64,000 nt of DNA from NCBI RefSeq assembly GCF_008831285.2, contig NC_045138.2:3286001-3350000 (forward strand), read 5' to 3'. This DNA comes from Nymphaea colorata. Its lineage: Eukaryota. This document shows positions 11,901 to 24,400 of the stretch, one piece after another (within the stretch, counting starts at the first letter, position 1; every line of letters starts with the position of its first letter). The position numbers and the translations under genes are program-made. Below the pieces are notes generated by a model. It had not been told where the DNA came from. It saw only the letters and a list, made by a program, of their open reading frames with translations, and did no database searches.

Positions 11901-14900
11901 CTCCGCCACTGCTGATTTATGTCTTCCAGATCTGGAATTGGTTTTAAAGGTTGTGGTCTGAACCCGAGTTCGAGCTCAAATGCCATTAAGGGAGATTCGA
12001 CTCTGTTGGATCTGATAAGTAAAGCGTTTTATTGTTGATATGCTGATATGTCAATAATCATTCAATGACTTCCTCTTCAGTTGGCAATGACCGACTTGTT
12101 CACTTCCACGTGTTCACTCCATAAAAGGAGATGATGAGTAACCTTGCCTGGAATCAGCTGCCCCTAGGGAAAAACATCTAATATTGTAACGGTTGTTTCG
12201 ACATTCAAGTACTCCCGAGTTAAGGGGGTTGAACTTAGGATTTTTGGTTGAAGATGGATAGCAGTCCAGCATGAGAGGAGCAATTCCGCTTAGCATAATG
12301 TGGTTAGAGTCTGCATTATCCTAATTTGCAATGGCCAATTAAATGCAAGACTAATGAAATGGTTCTGTTGTCCATTATTGTTTTGGTTTTAGATATTTCA
12401 GCTCTTAGTTCCATTAATATAATTATTGTTTCAGAATTGGGTTGATCGGGTTTGCTGTATGACTAAGAAGAACTTTAAATTTCTTACAGTTTGCATGGAT
12501 TGGTTCGTGGAGAGAACATGGAGCTGGGCAGGGATTCTGACACTGGCGGGCAGGTAATTGGATAAATGGAGGTATGAAAATGGGGTACCAACATGGGGTG
12601 CCAAGCTGGGCATCAAAACCGGTCAGACTAGATTTAGATTTAGATATCAAATTAACCTCATTGGACTTTTAGCAGAAATCAGTTAAGTTCGAGTTTGATT
12701 ATGTTAATATGGCTTCATTTCATAGGCATTCATTTTGCACTAGTGCAAATTTGGAAAGTGAATCTTTCATTTTCAGCTAAATGACGGAGACCCACTGCCA
12801 GCTGAAAGGCTGAAGCCTCCACCTAACCCCTTATCCTCTTAGGGATTCATTTGTTCTGCTTGTAGATCAATTATTTTTTAATCCAATTTTGAAAGAGAAA
12901 AAAAAATCACTTCAACTATTTGTTTTGCTAGTCCTATTGTTTGCTGTACAAATTTGGATCCTTGTCCAGATTTATCTCAATCTAATCTGCATTCCACCTG
13001 CTTACTATCTTATCACTTGTTCATTCTGCTGTCCAACCTCTTTGAATGTCAAGAAAACTTTGTTAGTAACCTAGATTTTAATTGACAAAACAAGTCTTTT
13101 GAAGCTGGTTTGATACAGAAATCAGATTTGGTACATAATTTTGCCTCCATCCGAGCGGGTACCGAATGTATTGGACGCACTGCTGTGACTTTTTCTAGCA
13201 TATAAGTTTAAGGCTGCCCTTTGTTTTTGTTACTCATATAATACTTTTTTTAACTAACTCTGTTGTTTATATTATAAAAAGCAGTTTCACTTATTAAAAT
13301 GATCAGCAAACCGTGGAAACATCGTGGCTCTTCACGATGGTATTGATTTTTGGCGTTTTCATCTTCTTTTTTTAATATTATCCAGTGATAAGAAAAAGTT
13401 TACAGAAATGATCGAGCTTATATGAAAAAAACAGTTTGCCTCTTCTCCAAAGATATTTTATAGAGATTAAAATTTGATGTGATCACATTTGAATTAAGAG
13501 CAAATCTTTTTTCTCCAAAAAAGTAAATTGCACGTTGAAGGAAGATAAAACAGTAAATGGCAAAACATAGAGGGAGAGCAGCAGGAGCAGGATATTGTTT
13601 TTTAAGAGAGATTCTCACAAAAAGGTTCCAAGTTATTGGAATCAAGGAGAGATTCTCACAAAAAGGTTCCAAGTATTGGAATCAAGGCGAAGCTTTACTC
13701 CTACCTTGGTGAGTCAAAAGAGGTGACCTTTTCGATGATCGTGCAGGTCAAATACGTGGTGGAACTGGCGAGGGCGCTAGCAGCGACCAAGGGAGTCTAC
13801 CGGGTGGACCTCCTGACCCGACAGATCTCCTCCCCGGACGTCGACTGGAGCTACGGGGAGCCTACGGAGATGCTCACTCGTCCCACGGACGCCGCCTGGG
13901 GTGACGGCGACGGCAGCGGCGCCTACATCATCCGCCTTCCCTGCGGGCCTCGCGACAAGTACATTCCCAAGGAATCGTTGTGGCCCCACATTCCGGAGTT
14001 CGTGGACGCCGCCCTAGCGCACGTCTCCAACATGGCGAGGGCGCTCGGCGAGCAGCGACAGCGCGGGGGGTCCGGTCACGTGTGGCCCTACGTGATTCAC
14101 GGTCACTACGCAGACGCCGGCGAGGTGGCTGCCTGGCTCTCCGGCGCGCTAAACGTGCCCATGGTGCTGACGGGTCACTCGCTTGGGAGGAACAAGTTCG
14201 AGCAGTTGCTGAAGCAGGGGAGGCTCTCTAAAGACGATATCAACAGCACGTACAGGTAAGGACTGTCAAGAGCTTGAGTTTTAGCCATGTTATTGAGTTC
14301 TCCTGACGGTTCCTCATTTTTCAGAAAAAAGGTTCTTTGATGCAGAAACATTTTGACACTATCCTGACCGGTTTGTTTGCTGATAATCGGCTAACTGATT
14401 AACAGTGAACTCAAATTCTTCCAATTGTGTTTGTTTAAGCCCCTGGAATATCATTTTAACTCAAGGTTGGGAATCGCTATATGCTTTCAAAAAACGTTCA
14501 TGATTGAAAAAGTATCAGGAAAGCCATGAGGAACAAAATGGAATTTCTAGCAAATTGAGGCTATGTTGGTTGTGAATGGGGATGTTTTAAGCTGATTGAA
14601 TCGTGTTTGCTCAGAAAAAGTCTGTGGTATCTTAGGGAGTCGTAAATGTATCTCACAAATCCAGAAAGTTATACAATGACTAGGTCCTGTTTGTGCCAGT
14701 CATTTTAGTATATATGGTAAAAGTTTCCACTGCTCCAAAAAATTCTTTCGGTTGCATACTTGCATGAATAGGCTGTGCAAATGCTTGTCATGGAATACTG
14801 TACAGGATAATGAGAAGGATCGAGGCAGAGGAGTATAGCCTAGACTCCGCAGAGATGGTGGTGACCAGCACGCGCCAGGAGATCGAGGAGCAGTGGGGGC

Positions 14901-17900
14901 TTTATGATGGGTTCGACGTGAATCTGGAAAGAAAGCTGAGAGCGAGGGCCAGAAGAGGGGTGAGCTGCCATGGGCGGTACATGCCACGGATGGTGGTGGG
15001 CATCTCTCTCTCTCTCTCTCCAGTGCGTGCAAGCACACAATGCACATAACACTCACGGCCTAATCCGTTCTTATATTAGCATTTAAAGCTCAACTACTAG
15101 TGTAGATTACCAGAGCAATCTCTCAATTGTGGAACGTAGTCGTGTCTGAATGGTTGCAAGCCCCCAAGATGGTGCTTTATAGAGGAAGTGGTTTCCTTAA
15201 TGGGGTACCCAAACCCAATGTTCGAACTTATATTTTTCTACCACTTTGCACTAGACTAAAAATCATGTCAGCTGGTGCTGTAGCTTAGTAATGTGAAGCA
15301 CCAGTAGAACTCCACTTTGTGTCGATCATGGGCATTAAATTCTATTCTCCAAATTCCAACCATGTTTCCTCACAGTGGGAAAGCACTGCTTATCGGTATC
15401 CAACAGATTCTTTTGGTTGGGCAATTTGTTGGCAATGTTATGGTGAAAGTCTAGGGTTTAGAGCTGAATTTGTTGTGCGTTAATGTGCTTACTAGCTATG
15501 CTTGTTTCTCATATGTAGGTAATACCACCGGGTATGGATTTCAGCTATGTGAACACTCAAGAGTTGCTAGATGGAGATGCTGATATCGCAGCCTTGATTG
15601 GATCCGACCGAAATCAGAGCAAAAGAAATCTACCGCCTATATGGTCTGAGGTATGCGGTTTTATCCTTAATTGCCCATATCAAGCCTGAAATAGCTCCTT
15701 CTATATTGTTTTTCTTTTTCTCTTGTTTTGAAATGCCTATTTTGCAGATTATGCGTTTCTTCACAAATCGTCACAAACCAATGATCCTCGCACTCTCTCG
15801 CCCTGATCCTAAAAAAAATGTGACCACATTGTTGAAAGCATTTGGAGAGTGCCGTCCATTGCGAGAGCTTGCAAACATGGTATGCTTGTCTTGTTCATTC
15901 TGATATCTTCAGAAGTAGAAAGTTCCAGTACTTAACGTAGCAGCCGGTGGATTCATCATCCCTGGAGCATGTGTTTTTCAAAGAGGGGAGAAGAAGTGGA
16001 TATGTTCCAGAGGTGAGGGAGACTACCCTGCTACTAGATCAGAGTAGTCCAAAGTAGTGGAACTTGTGTCCTTCAAACGTATGTCATCCTTACAGAAAAA
16101 GTGGATTTGCGTTCTGCTGAATTGCAGATAAGCTATTAAAAATTGCTTCATTGTGATTTCCTTATTTCTCACTGCTGAAGCAACCTTGATGATTTTTGGC
16201 CGAGCAGACCCTTATCCTTGGAAACAGAGATGACATAGAAGAAATGTCTGGGACCAGCTCCAGTGTTCTGACGACCGTTTTGAAGCTTATTGACAAATAC
16301 GATTTGTATGGGCAAGTGGCATATCCCAAGCGTCACAAACAGGCAGAAGTGCCAGAAATATACCGACTTGCAGCAAAAACGAAGGTATATTGGTTTGTAA
16401 TTTGAATCGTTTGCGAAAAAATTCCAAAGAATCAGTTAACATCAAATGAATCTAAATCACCTTTGAAGTGGAACCGTTAGGTTAGAGTTTCTAAAGAAAT
16501 CTGAAAAGATATAAAACTACAGAATTTGAGAAACTTCAAAGTCAGTGATTTATAGGCTTTAATCAGTTGGAGATAAAAGACACTGGTTTGTGCACTTCGC
16601 TTTTTATTTCCTCCTCTACCAGTAACTGGAGGTAGGACCTTGATGGTGGTCTGTATTGTACTCAAGCGCCTCTCTGTGAGAAACGTTTGAGAACTTTCTG
16701 ATATCCTCCTGCTGATTATTTTTTTTGGAATTTTTTTGCAGGGCGTTTTCATAAATCCAGCTCTTGTAGAACCCTTTGGTCTCACGCTCATAGAGGTACT
16801 CGTGCTTCACACATGGTCGCCTGGTCGGCTTGTTCCATATTTCTTGTCGAAGGAAGAAAAAAAAAAAATTAACTCTACACTGTTGAACGTGACTGCAGGC
16901 AGCAGCTTACGGTCTTCCGGTTGTGGCAACCAAAAATGGTGGACCGGTTGACATTCTCAAGGTAACACTTGGAAGTCATAAAGACAAGTTCACATATGAG
17001 TAGCTATGATTCTTAAATGACATGAATTCGAAATTTACCTTCTCTTTGCCCACTATTGCAGGCGTTGAACAATGGGCTCCTGATCGATCCCCATGACCAT
17101 AAGGCAATCGCAGACGCGCTGCTTCGCCTCGTCTCGGACAAGTCCCTGTGGCAGGATTGTCGCAAGAACGGCCTTCGCTACATCTCCCGCTTCTCTTGGC
17201 CAGAACACTGCCGCAACTACCTCTCCCACGTCGCCCATTGCCGCGCCCGCCGCCCCTCCGGGCGTGGCCCCGACGCTTCCACCCCAGCCCGCCTGGCCGT
17301 CGAGGAGGAGGAGGAGCCCATGAGCGACTCCCTCCGTGACGTTCAGGACCTCTCCATTCGCTTTTCCCTCGATGTCGATGTCGCCAAAGCCAACGGTGAC
17401 GACAACACTACCTCCAAGCGGGAGCTAATCCTCTCCGCTCTCCGCTCAGCGTCGAAGGCGCGTTCCCGCGAACCTTCCCAAACCCCCGGCTTCTTCCGGC
17501 CAGGACGCCGTCAACGCCTATTCATCATCGCCCTCGACTGCTATGGCCAGGATGGGGCACCAAGTGGGAGACTGTCGGAGGTCGTACGAGAGATAACTGA
17601 AGCCGGAGGGGACAGTCGAACCGGATACATCCTAGCCACCGGCGCCACACTGGCGGAGGCCTGGGAGGCGCTCAAATCGTGCCATGTTGAGCCAGAGGCT
17701 TTCGATGCTTTGATCTGCTGCAGCGGGGCGGAGGTCTATTATCCCTGGAAGGACGTGGAGGGTGATGAAGATTACGGGTCTCACATTGGGTACAGGTGGC
17801 CGCAGGATAGCGTCCGATCAGCAGTGGCCAGGTTGGCGAGGACGGAGGGTGCGACCGAGGACGACGTGCTGGCGGAGGACGAAGGGTGCAGCTCGAGGTG

Positions 17901-19447
17901 CCTCCGTTATGCCGTCAAAGCTGGAGCCAAGGTGAGGGAACCGAGTTTTTTTTTTTTTCCCAATCACTGCAGACCAAGTGTTTTGACGCCTACCAATTCA
18001 GATCTCGTATATATATGTGTGTGTGCGCGTCGCCAGCAAGTGCATTTATATGTGTGTAGTTGTCGCTGGTAAATAGGGTTGAAGTTGAAGCATTTGAACC
18101 TTTCAATTTGATTTTGGACAGGTTTTGAGGGTTGACGATCTGAAGCAAAAGCTGCGAATGCGAGGTTTTCGCTGCAACGTGGTTTATACGCATTCTTGTT
18201 CACGCTTGAACGTGGTTCCATTGTTCGCATCAAGATCAATGGCACTAAGGTCAGCTCTCACAACCTAAAAGTTCGTTTTTTTACTGTGTAAACTTTCATT
18301 TTCAAGTTAAGGCAGGTCTCTAGTTTGATTTTCGTGGGCGTTATGTTCCTGTGTCTTAAGGCGGTAGGGCGCGGTATCCAAGCTGACGGGTGCACCGTTG
18401 CTATCGCTGACACCGACGCAGCTCAGGACCCCGGAGGTAGGGGGAATGGGGGGGCCTTCGGGCCTTGCTTGGGTGGTGGGGGTTATCTTCAGCCTCAAGA
18501 GGCATAGCGTAGCTGGTCGAGCTAAGGGCCTGTATTAAGGCAGGTCTCTAGTTTGATTCTCGTGGGCGCTATGTTCCTGTGTCTTAAGGCGATAGGGCGC
18601 GGTATCCAAGCTGACGGGTGCACCGTTGCTATCGCTGACACCGACGCAGCTCAGGACCCCGGAGGCAGGGGGAATGGGGGGGCCTTCGGGCCTTGCTTGG
18701 GCGGTGGGGGTTAACACCTCTCGCTCACCCCAAAAAAAAAAGTGGTCATCTTCATGTCCTGAGTGTAAGTCACCTAGGACCTGAACAATTAGTCGAGGCC
18801 AACTCAGACACTCACCAGTATAGCTAGACTCGTGGAGCTCAAGTTGTAGGAATTCGACTTGTTTAAACTCGACTCAGCAACATGCATGGTGTCATGGGCA
18901 ACGGTACATAGATCATGAAAGCTGAGAAATTCTTACACTTCTATGAGCAGAACGGTACATGGAATAGATCAGTAGAGCGGAGAATTCCTCCATTTCTATG
19001 GGCAGAACGGTACATGGAATAGATCATGAAAGCTGAGAAATTCTTACACTTCTACGGGGAGGAGCTTGCATGGTTCACGAGATCCCTGAAAATAACTTTC
19101 ATGTTTGTTTATCCGTCATCTGATTGTCGTATTATCAGTCAAGCTGCTTCTTAAGCTAATTGAATTGATTACTGTGTAGGTATCTATCGGTTCAGTGGGG
19201 CATTGATCTCTCAAAAATGGTGGTGTTCGTCGGGGACAAGGGCGATACTGATTACGAGCATCTCCTTCCCGGCCTCCACAAGACATTGATTCTGAGAGGA
19301 ACCGTTGAATGTGGGAGTGAGAGGCTGCTTCGTGGTAGTGGCCGTTACCAGATGGAGGATGTGGTGCCTAAGGATGCTCCTAATATTTGTGCCGTCGATA
19401 AGGATTATACAGCCCAAGATATCTCTGCTGCATTGAAGAAGCTCTAA
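5949..19447 (+). CDS. SPS4: Sucrose-phosphate synthase, family C (SPS4-like), 14 coding exons, 1029 aa
   Basis: Exons 5949-6140, 10190-10279, 11071-11291, 12490-12553, 13747-14255, 14806-14995, 15519-15650, 15748-15879, 16208-16384, 16742-16795, 16899-16961, 17062-17931, 18122-18249, 19180-19447. All GT-AG and phase-consistent, total 3090 nt. Motifs: [90 protein letters not shown], and a C-terminal SPP-like domain (GDKGDTDYE). [15 protein letters not shown] and IATRN are family B/C-type, and the WSEDD-like SWTDDD favours C. Confidence 0.95.
8973..9213. mobile_element. Tourist/PIF-Harbinger-like MITE in SPS intron 1
   Basis: TIRs GGTCACGTTTGATT / AATCAAACACAACC with TAA on both flanks. Internal GATCTGAG/AGATCT repeats. 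Confidence 0.7.
13607..13687. repeat. ~41-bp tandem duplication in SPS intron 4
   Basis: AGAGATTCTCACAAAAAGGTTCCAAGT(T)ATTGGAATCAAGG occurs twice. Confidence 0.9.
18307..18485 (+). mobile_element. 5'-truncated tandem copy of the adjacent SINE (SPS intron 13)
   Basis: Near-identical to 18535-18713 (offset 228 bp). Lacks box A and the poly(A). Confidence 0.75.
18492..18741 (+). mobile_element. Full-length tRNA-derived SINE in SPS intron 13
   Basis: Box A-like TAGCGTAGCTGG (18505-18516), box B-like AGTTTGATTCT (18550-18560), GC-rich body and A10 tail (18732-18741). Flanks GGTTATCTTCA / GGTCATCTTCA resemble a TSD. Confidence 0.75.
18900..19055. repeat. ~52-55-bp minisatellite, 3 units
   Basis: AACGGTACAT(GGAAT)AGATCA...GAGAAATTC...TTCTA repeated three times. 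Confidence 0.85.
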
Positions 19448-20213
19448 TTCCGGTCAACTGGCGCATGGCATCTACTGCAGAGGATCCTAAATCAGATAAT
19501 CTCTTGCCTATAGCGAAAACGGCACAAAAAATAAATCAAATTAATAGAAAAAGATATTATGTAATCGATGCCTGAAAGAACCGTCAAATAATTATATATA
19601 ATGGGGAAATTTCCATTGCCAGATTGTTGGGTTATTGAATTTCAGGATACCTGCAAATTGGCCATCATTCGGTTCCCTATCACAAAAAGAAATTATATAG
19701 CCTAAAATCATCCCGAAGAAATTTTTCACAATATATCGGTAAGATTCAGTTTCAACAACTTTTTTCCCAATTTATCACGAAGTTCGTGTTTCATTTCAAG
19801 CCAAGCAAGGTCCTCTAATCAAACAATTCATTCACTTATTTTAACCTTTTCATGCATCTTGTCAATTATTGCAATTTGAAAATTTTCATCTTTCCACAGT
19901 TAGTATCGTTGAAACATGCAAAATAATTTTAGAGAACATCGTTTCATAAAAAAACGTTGTGTTCTTGAGACAAATGTTTTCATGACACTTTATATCCAAT
20001 AATACCTTGTTCTTGTTGTATAAGTTAAAAAATGATTAACTTAATATACGTTTCTCATGAACTTTTTCTTTGCATCACATCTTTAAGGTAGGTAGTAAAA
20101 TGGTACCATAATAATTCCATTTAAATAGTCTATTCTTGTATGTGGACCTAGTGGTCTGGAGTTACTTTCTTTTTATATCCAATTATTATATATAGGATAT
20201 AATTACACCATAT

Positions 20214-20249
<36 letters not shown>

Positions 20250-20664
20250 ACGTATGTTCTACACACTCACTGTTTTTCTAATTAAATAAATATTTACATA
20301 TGTTCCGGAGCATAGGTATTGAACAACTAGGCAAGTACATTCATTTTAGATAAAAATCAGATCGAGGTTTGCATTTGTCCAAACTAGACAAGATGGATCG
20401 GGGCAGATATAAGCCTGAACAAAGACTGCCATGGAAGATCCGACCAATTGATTGGCTCATACTCCATGCCCGGGTTTATGTCCCTCCATCCCATACCCCT
20501 TTAATTAAGTAAATCGATCGACTATATCCGATTACCATTTGATTTCAAATTCGATTAGAGAAATTGATAAAGAAATCTAACTCATCTTTAAATCTCTTTT
20601 TCTTTTTCTTTTTCTTTTCGAGTGAGTGGGAGGTTAATCCCATCACTGCAGTAAAAGTCAAGTC

Positions 20665-20927
20665 CATTCCTCTCATCCCTCATAATCTAAGGCGATCGGT
20701 GCCTCAACATATCAATTTCTTTTATTTTACAACACATAAGAGTTAATGCCTACAAACTATCAGCTCCTATAATGTTTAGTATGCCAGCCATATATATATA
20801 TATATATATCAATGAGTGGTTCATTCCTCTCATCCCTCATAATCTAAGGCGATCGGTGCCTCAACATATCAATATCTTCTTTTACAACACATAAGAGTTA
20901 ATGCCTACAAACTATCAACTCATATGT

Positions 20928-20972
<45 letters not shown>

Positions 20973-20987
20973 ATGAGTGGTTCATTC
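20665..20987. repeat. ~157-bp tandem duplication, each unit ending in an (AT)n tract
   Basis: CATTCCTCTCATCCCTCATAATCTAAGGCGATCGGTGCC...GCCATATAT...CAATGAGTGGTTCATTC occurs twice. Confidence 0.9.
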
Positions 20988-21459
20988 AATCCTCTTTCTT
21001 ATAAAAAAGGCTAGTGGTTCTCCTTGTGCCTGCTTCTTTGGGTTTAAGGAGCATGTTTTGGAATATTTTATGGTCTAGAAGTAAAGTACATTAAGATGTA
21101 ATAATAACCGTTCTAACTTTTAAGATTCGAATACTACTTATTAACGAAAGACTACTTTACCGTTCATTACGCTACCACACCCATAGGGTATTTAGGTATT
21201 TATTTGTAAAGCCCGTTTGATGCACACGAAAAACACTATGCCTTTTCTTCCGTTGAAAATTTCTTTCTTCCTATGCACCAAACTCGGAAATGTGAATATG
21301 ATTTCCTGATCACACATAAATTTGACATCGGATCTGAATTCCGTTTAAAAGATTTTGAAAACCGAAACCCATGGATCTTCGTCAAGTCGAGTTTCGTAAA
21401 CGGCAGGGCCGTGGGGTTCCGACTTCTGCGTGGCGGGAGGGAAGAGCCGAGGACAAAGA

Positions 21460-24400
21460 ATGGCGGCATCGGGAGCGTGGGGGAGGCATCCTCGTCTTCC
21501 CTCCAAGCGGTATCAGAGGATCGCTACCCGGAAACTCGTCGTCCGTTTCCTCCTTATCGTCGCCTTCCTCGCCGTCGTTCCTCCACTCCTCTTCCATTTC
21601 TGGTTGCGAAGAGCCGCCGAGGTGCGTCATTTCTCCTCTCCCCTCCGTACGATAGTTAGGGGTTTTTCCTCACCGGTTCGTGGGGAGATTTTAGATTTCA
21701 TTTGGAGGCGAATCAGGTTTTCTATTCTGGATGTTTGATCTCTGATGCTATGAGGAGAAAAATGATGCCCACCCGAGGATGATGGAATTTTGTGCGCGGG
21801 AGAAGAAAGGGATTGCCGATCCAATGTAGTTTCTAGTTTCCAAGACACTGCGCTGTTGATATGTAGCTGGTGCATGATTGCATTTTAGGATCAAAGTACC
21901 GAGTTGTTGAAGGAAATGCCATTCAGTTGACTGCATGATTGCATCAGCCGCTTCTATTCACGAATGAGTTGGTGAAGGTGTCACACTTGTGAGGACGATG
22001 CAGATGCGAGGCGAGTAGGAATAGACCGATGAGTAATTTGCAGCTTTTCTATGTATTGCTTGGCTGGAAATTGAATTAACAGCTTGATCATTGAACGGTT
22101 GCGCCTAGATCACTGATCTATGCAATTCTTGTATCACAGAGTGTATATAAAGTGACGTGGTAATCTCTTACCATTTTCTGCATGATTTCTCTTTTAGGTG
22201 AAATCGAGAAAGTGTGGTTGGCTAGAAAGTGTTCCTCTTGTTTGTGCTCATGGAGGCGACTCCAGCAGGGCGTTCCCCAACACTGTGCGTATTTTTCTTC
22301 AAATTTTCTTCTAGTACATTGTTACTTCTGAGATTTTTTTCGATCACTTTTACTGTTTATAATTTGCTTTTCATAGCAAGGATCTGCTTTTAACTGTATG
22401 GGAATATGTTGGTTAATGTTACGGCAATTATGATTCAAGCTCTGAGTCCTTTGATTCCTTTTAGTTCTAGATTTCGGTTTGCATGAGACCAATCATTGAT
22501 CATATTGAAAATTGAACCTATGAATATCTTTAACTTGGTATTTTAAAAAGGTTTATTTCTTATATTTAAAATGAGTAAGCTTTACATAAGGTGGTTTCTG
22601 TTTTGCTGCTCATGTTGGCGTATGCTAGATAAGTTCAATTATGAGTTTTTTAGTTTTAATTTATTTGATAGCTTCATACTAAGTAATCTTAATTAAGGTG
22701 GTATGAACTAAAATGTTAATGCCAGCTAATTATACTCTTGAAGGGGAGAAGAATATTGAAATACCGTACTATAAGAGTCTAAAATGCAAGGCGTAGTATT
22801 TTAACTTTTTAACTCATTGAAATGATAAATCATTATGGATCTGGAATATTAAAGCATGGTTTAATTTTTTAGCACCGGCAATTGCACCTGTGCTAAAACA
22901 ATTGAGGTATTTTGAGTTCCTTTTTTGACACAGACAAAGTCAAGGAAAAGCCTATAAAATGATTTCAATACTGGACCTTGGACATATTAACATAATAGTT
23001 CCGAATTTCCTTAGATAGAACTTTCGTCTCATGGTATCTTGCTCCAGTCCCCTTGCAACATTTTCATTCTTGGGTGCCATATATTTCACATGCTTTTAAT
23101 GATTCACATGGCAGTATCATCAAACGATACAAGTCTTGGATAAGAATCTACAACACACTAGAACACCCTTGTTGATGATCCTTTACTCCGACAGTACCTT
23201 TTGCCTAGCTTTGATATATTATTTTGATAAACTGATGGTGCATATGATTTCACCTTCTTAACAGATGGAGGCATATCGCATAGCTCTTCTTTCTAATGTG
23301 GATTGTGTGGAGATTGATGTTTCTCGCACTTCAGATGGGGCTTTGGTTGCACTCCATGATAGGTATATGTGGATCCTTCTAACACCTTTAAAGGTTTGGC
23401 GTATTTGATTGTTGTTCATAACATTGAAGGTGGAAACAAGCTGTCTTATCTGGGCTCAACCATCTGTGGGTTAGGTTGGGCTGGGATTTTCAGCCTGGGG
23501 CTGGCTTGGTTTGTTTCCAAGTCTCACCCATACTTTTGTGGGCTGACACAGGCTGAGCCATGATCTGTTTGTGCTAGGAGAAATAAAATACTGGAATGCT
23601 TTCTTTTGCCAATAGTTTGTAACTATACCCTTCATGAATTGTTGAGGCCTGTAAAGTGTAATTCACGCAAGCATAATGATGGACGTGCAGTGATTCTTCT
23701 TCCTTCTCCTAACTTTTCCTTTGTGCCTTTTCATTCTGGTCTGTATGGGAGCTGTTAGGGACAAAAGGAAAATACAAAAATGACACGTGTCTGATGTAAT
23801 ATGCACCTGTCTATCTAGCTACCTTAACGGAGGTACTTGTTGGATGTGCATGGCTTGCATGCTTCTCATTACTTAGAGGTGATAAACTTAATACAGAAGG
23901 CAACTTTAAAGACCACATCAGGTTATTATGGACATTTTTATTTTTTTGAAGTAATTGCATTTGCCTTTTAATGTTGGCAGCTAAGATAGTATGGCCAATA
24001 AAATCAGTTGTACAAATACTGTTGTTTTGTCTTCTAGGGGTCTTAGTTTTCATAGTGGTTCTTCAAGATTTCTGCTTGATAAATGACAGATATATGACAC
24101 AGGCAGGGAATTGCAGCTTTTATCTGGTAACTCTACCACAAAAGTTGGGCACCTGAGCATGAACGAGGTGATTTATATTGATCTAATGCAAAAAATTTTT
24201 TTTAGTCTACGTTTGACTTTCTCGTTTCAATAGTTTTAACTCATTGGTGCATTGAAGTATTTGGTTTATCAACTCCTTTCCTTTGTCTTCCTTTTTTACT
24301 ATTGGTTTCCTTCATTGGAACTCCATAATTGGTCAATGTAAAGTTGAGACTTGCAACTATTGGTTTCCTTCATTGGAACTCCATAATTGGTCAATGTAAA

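Noticed and set aside
12129..12260. Intronic C/D snoRNA (ATGATGA at about 12130)
   Set aside because: No suitably placed CTGA D box or terminal stem.
17093..17339. Alternative-frame and antisense ORFs over SPS, VQ, Mpv17 and copia coding regions
   Set aside because: Shadow ORFs of GC-rich exons or pol.
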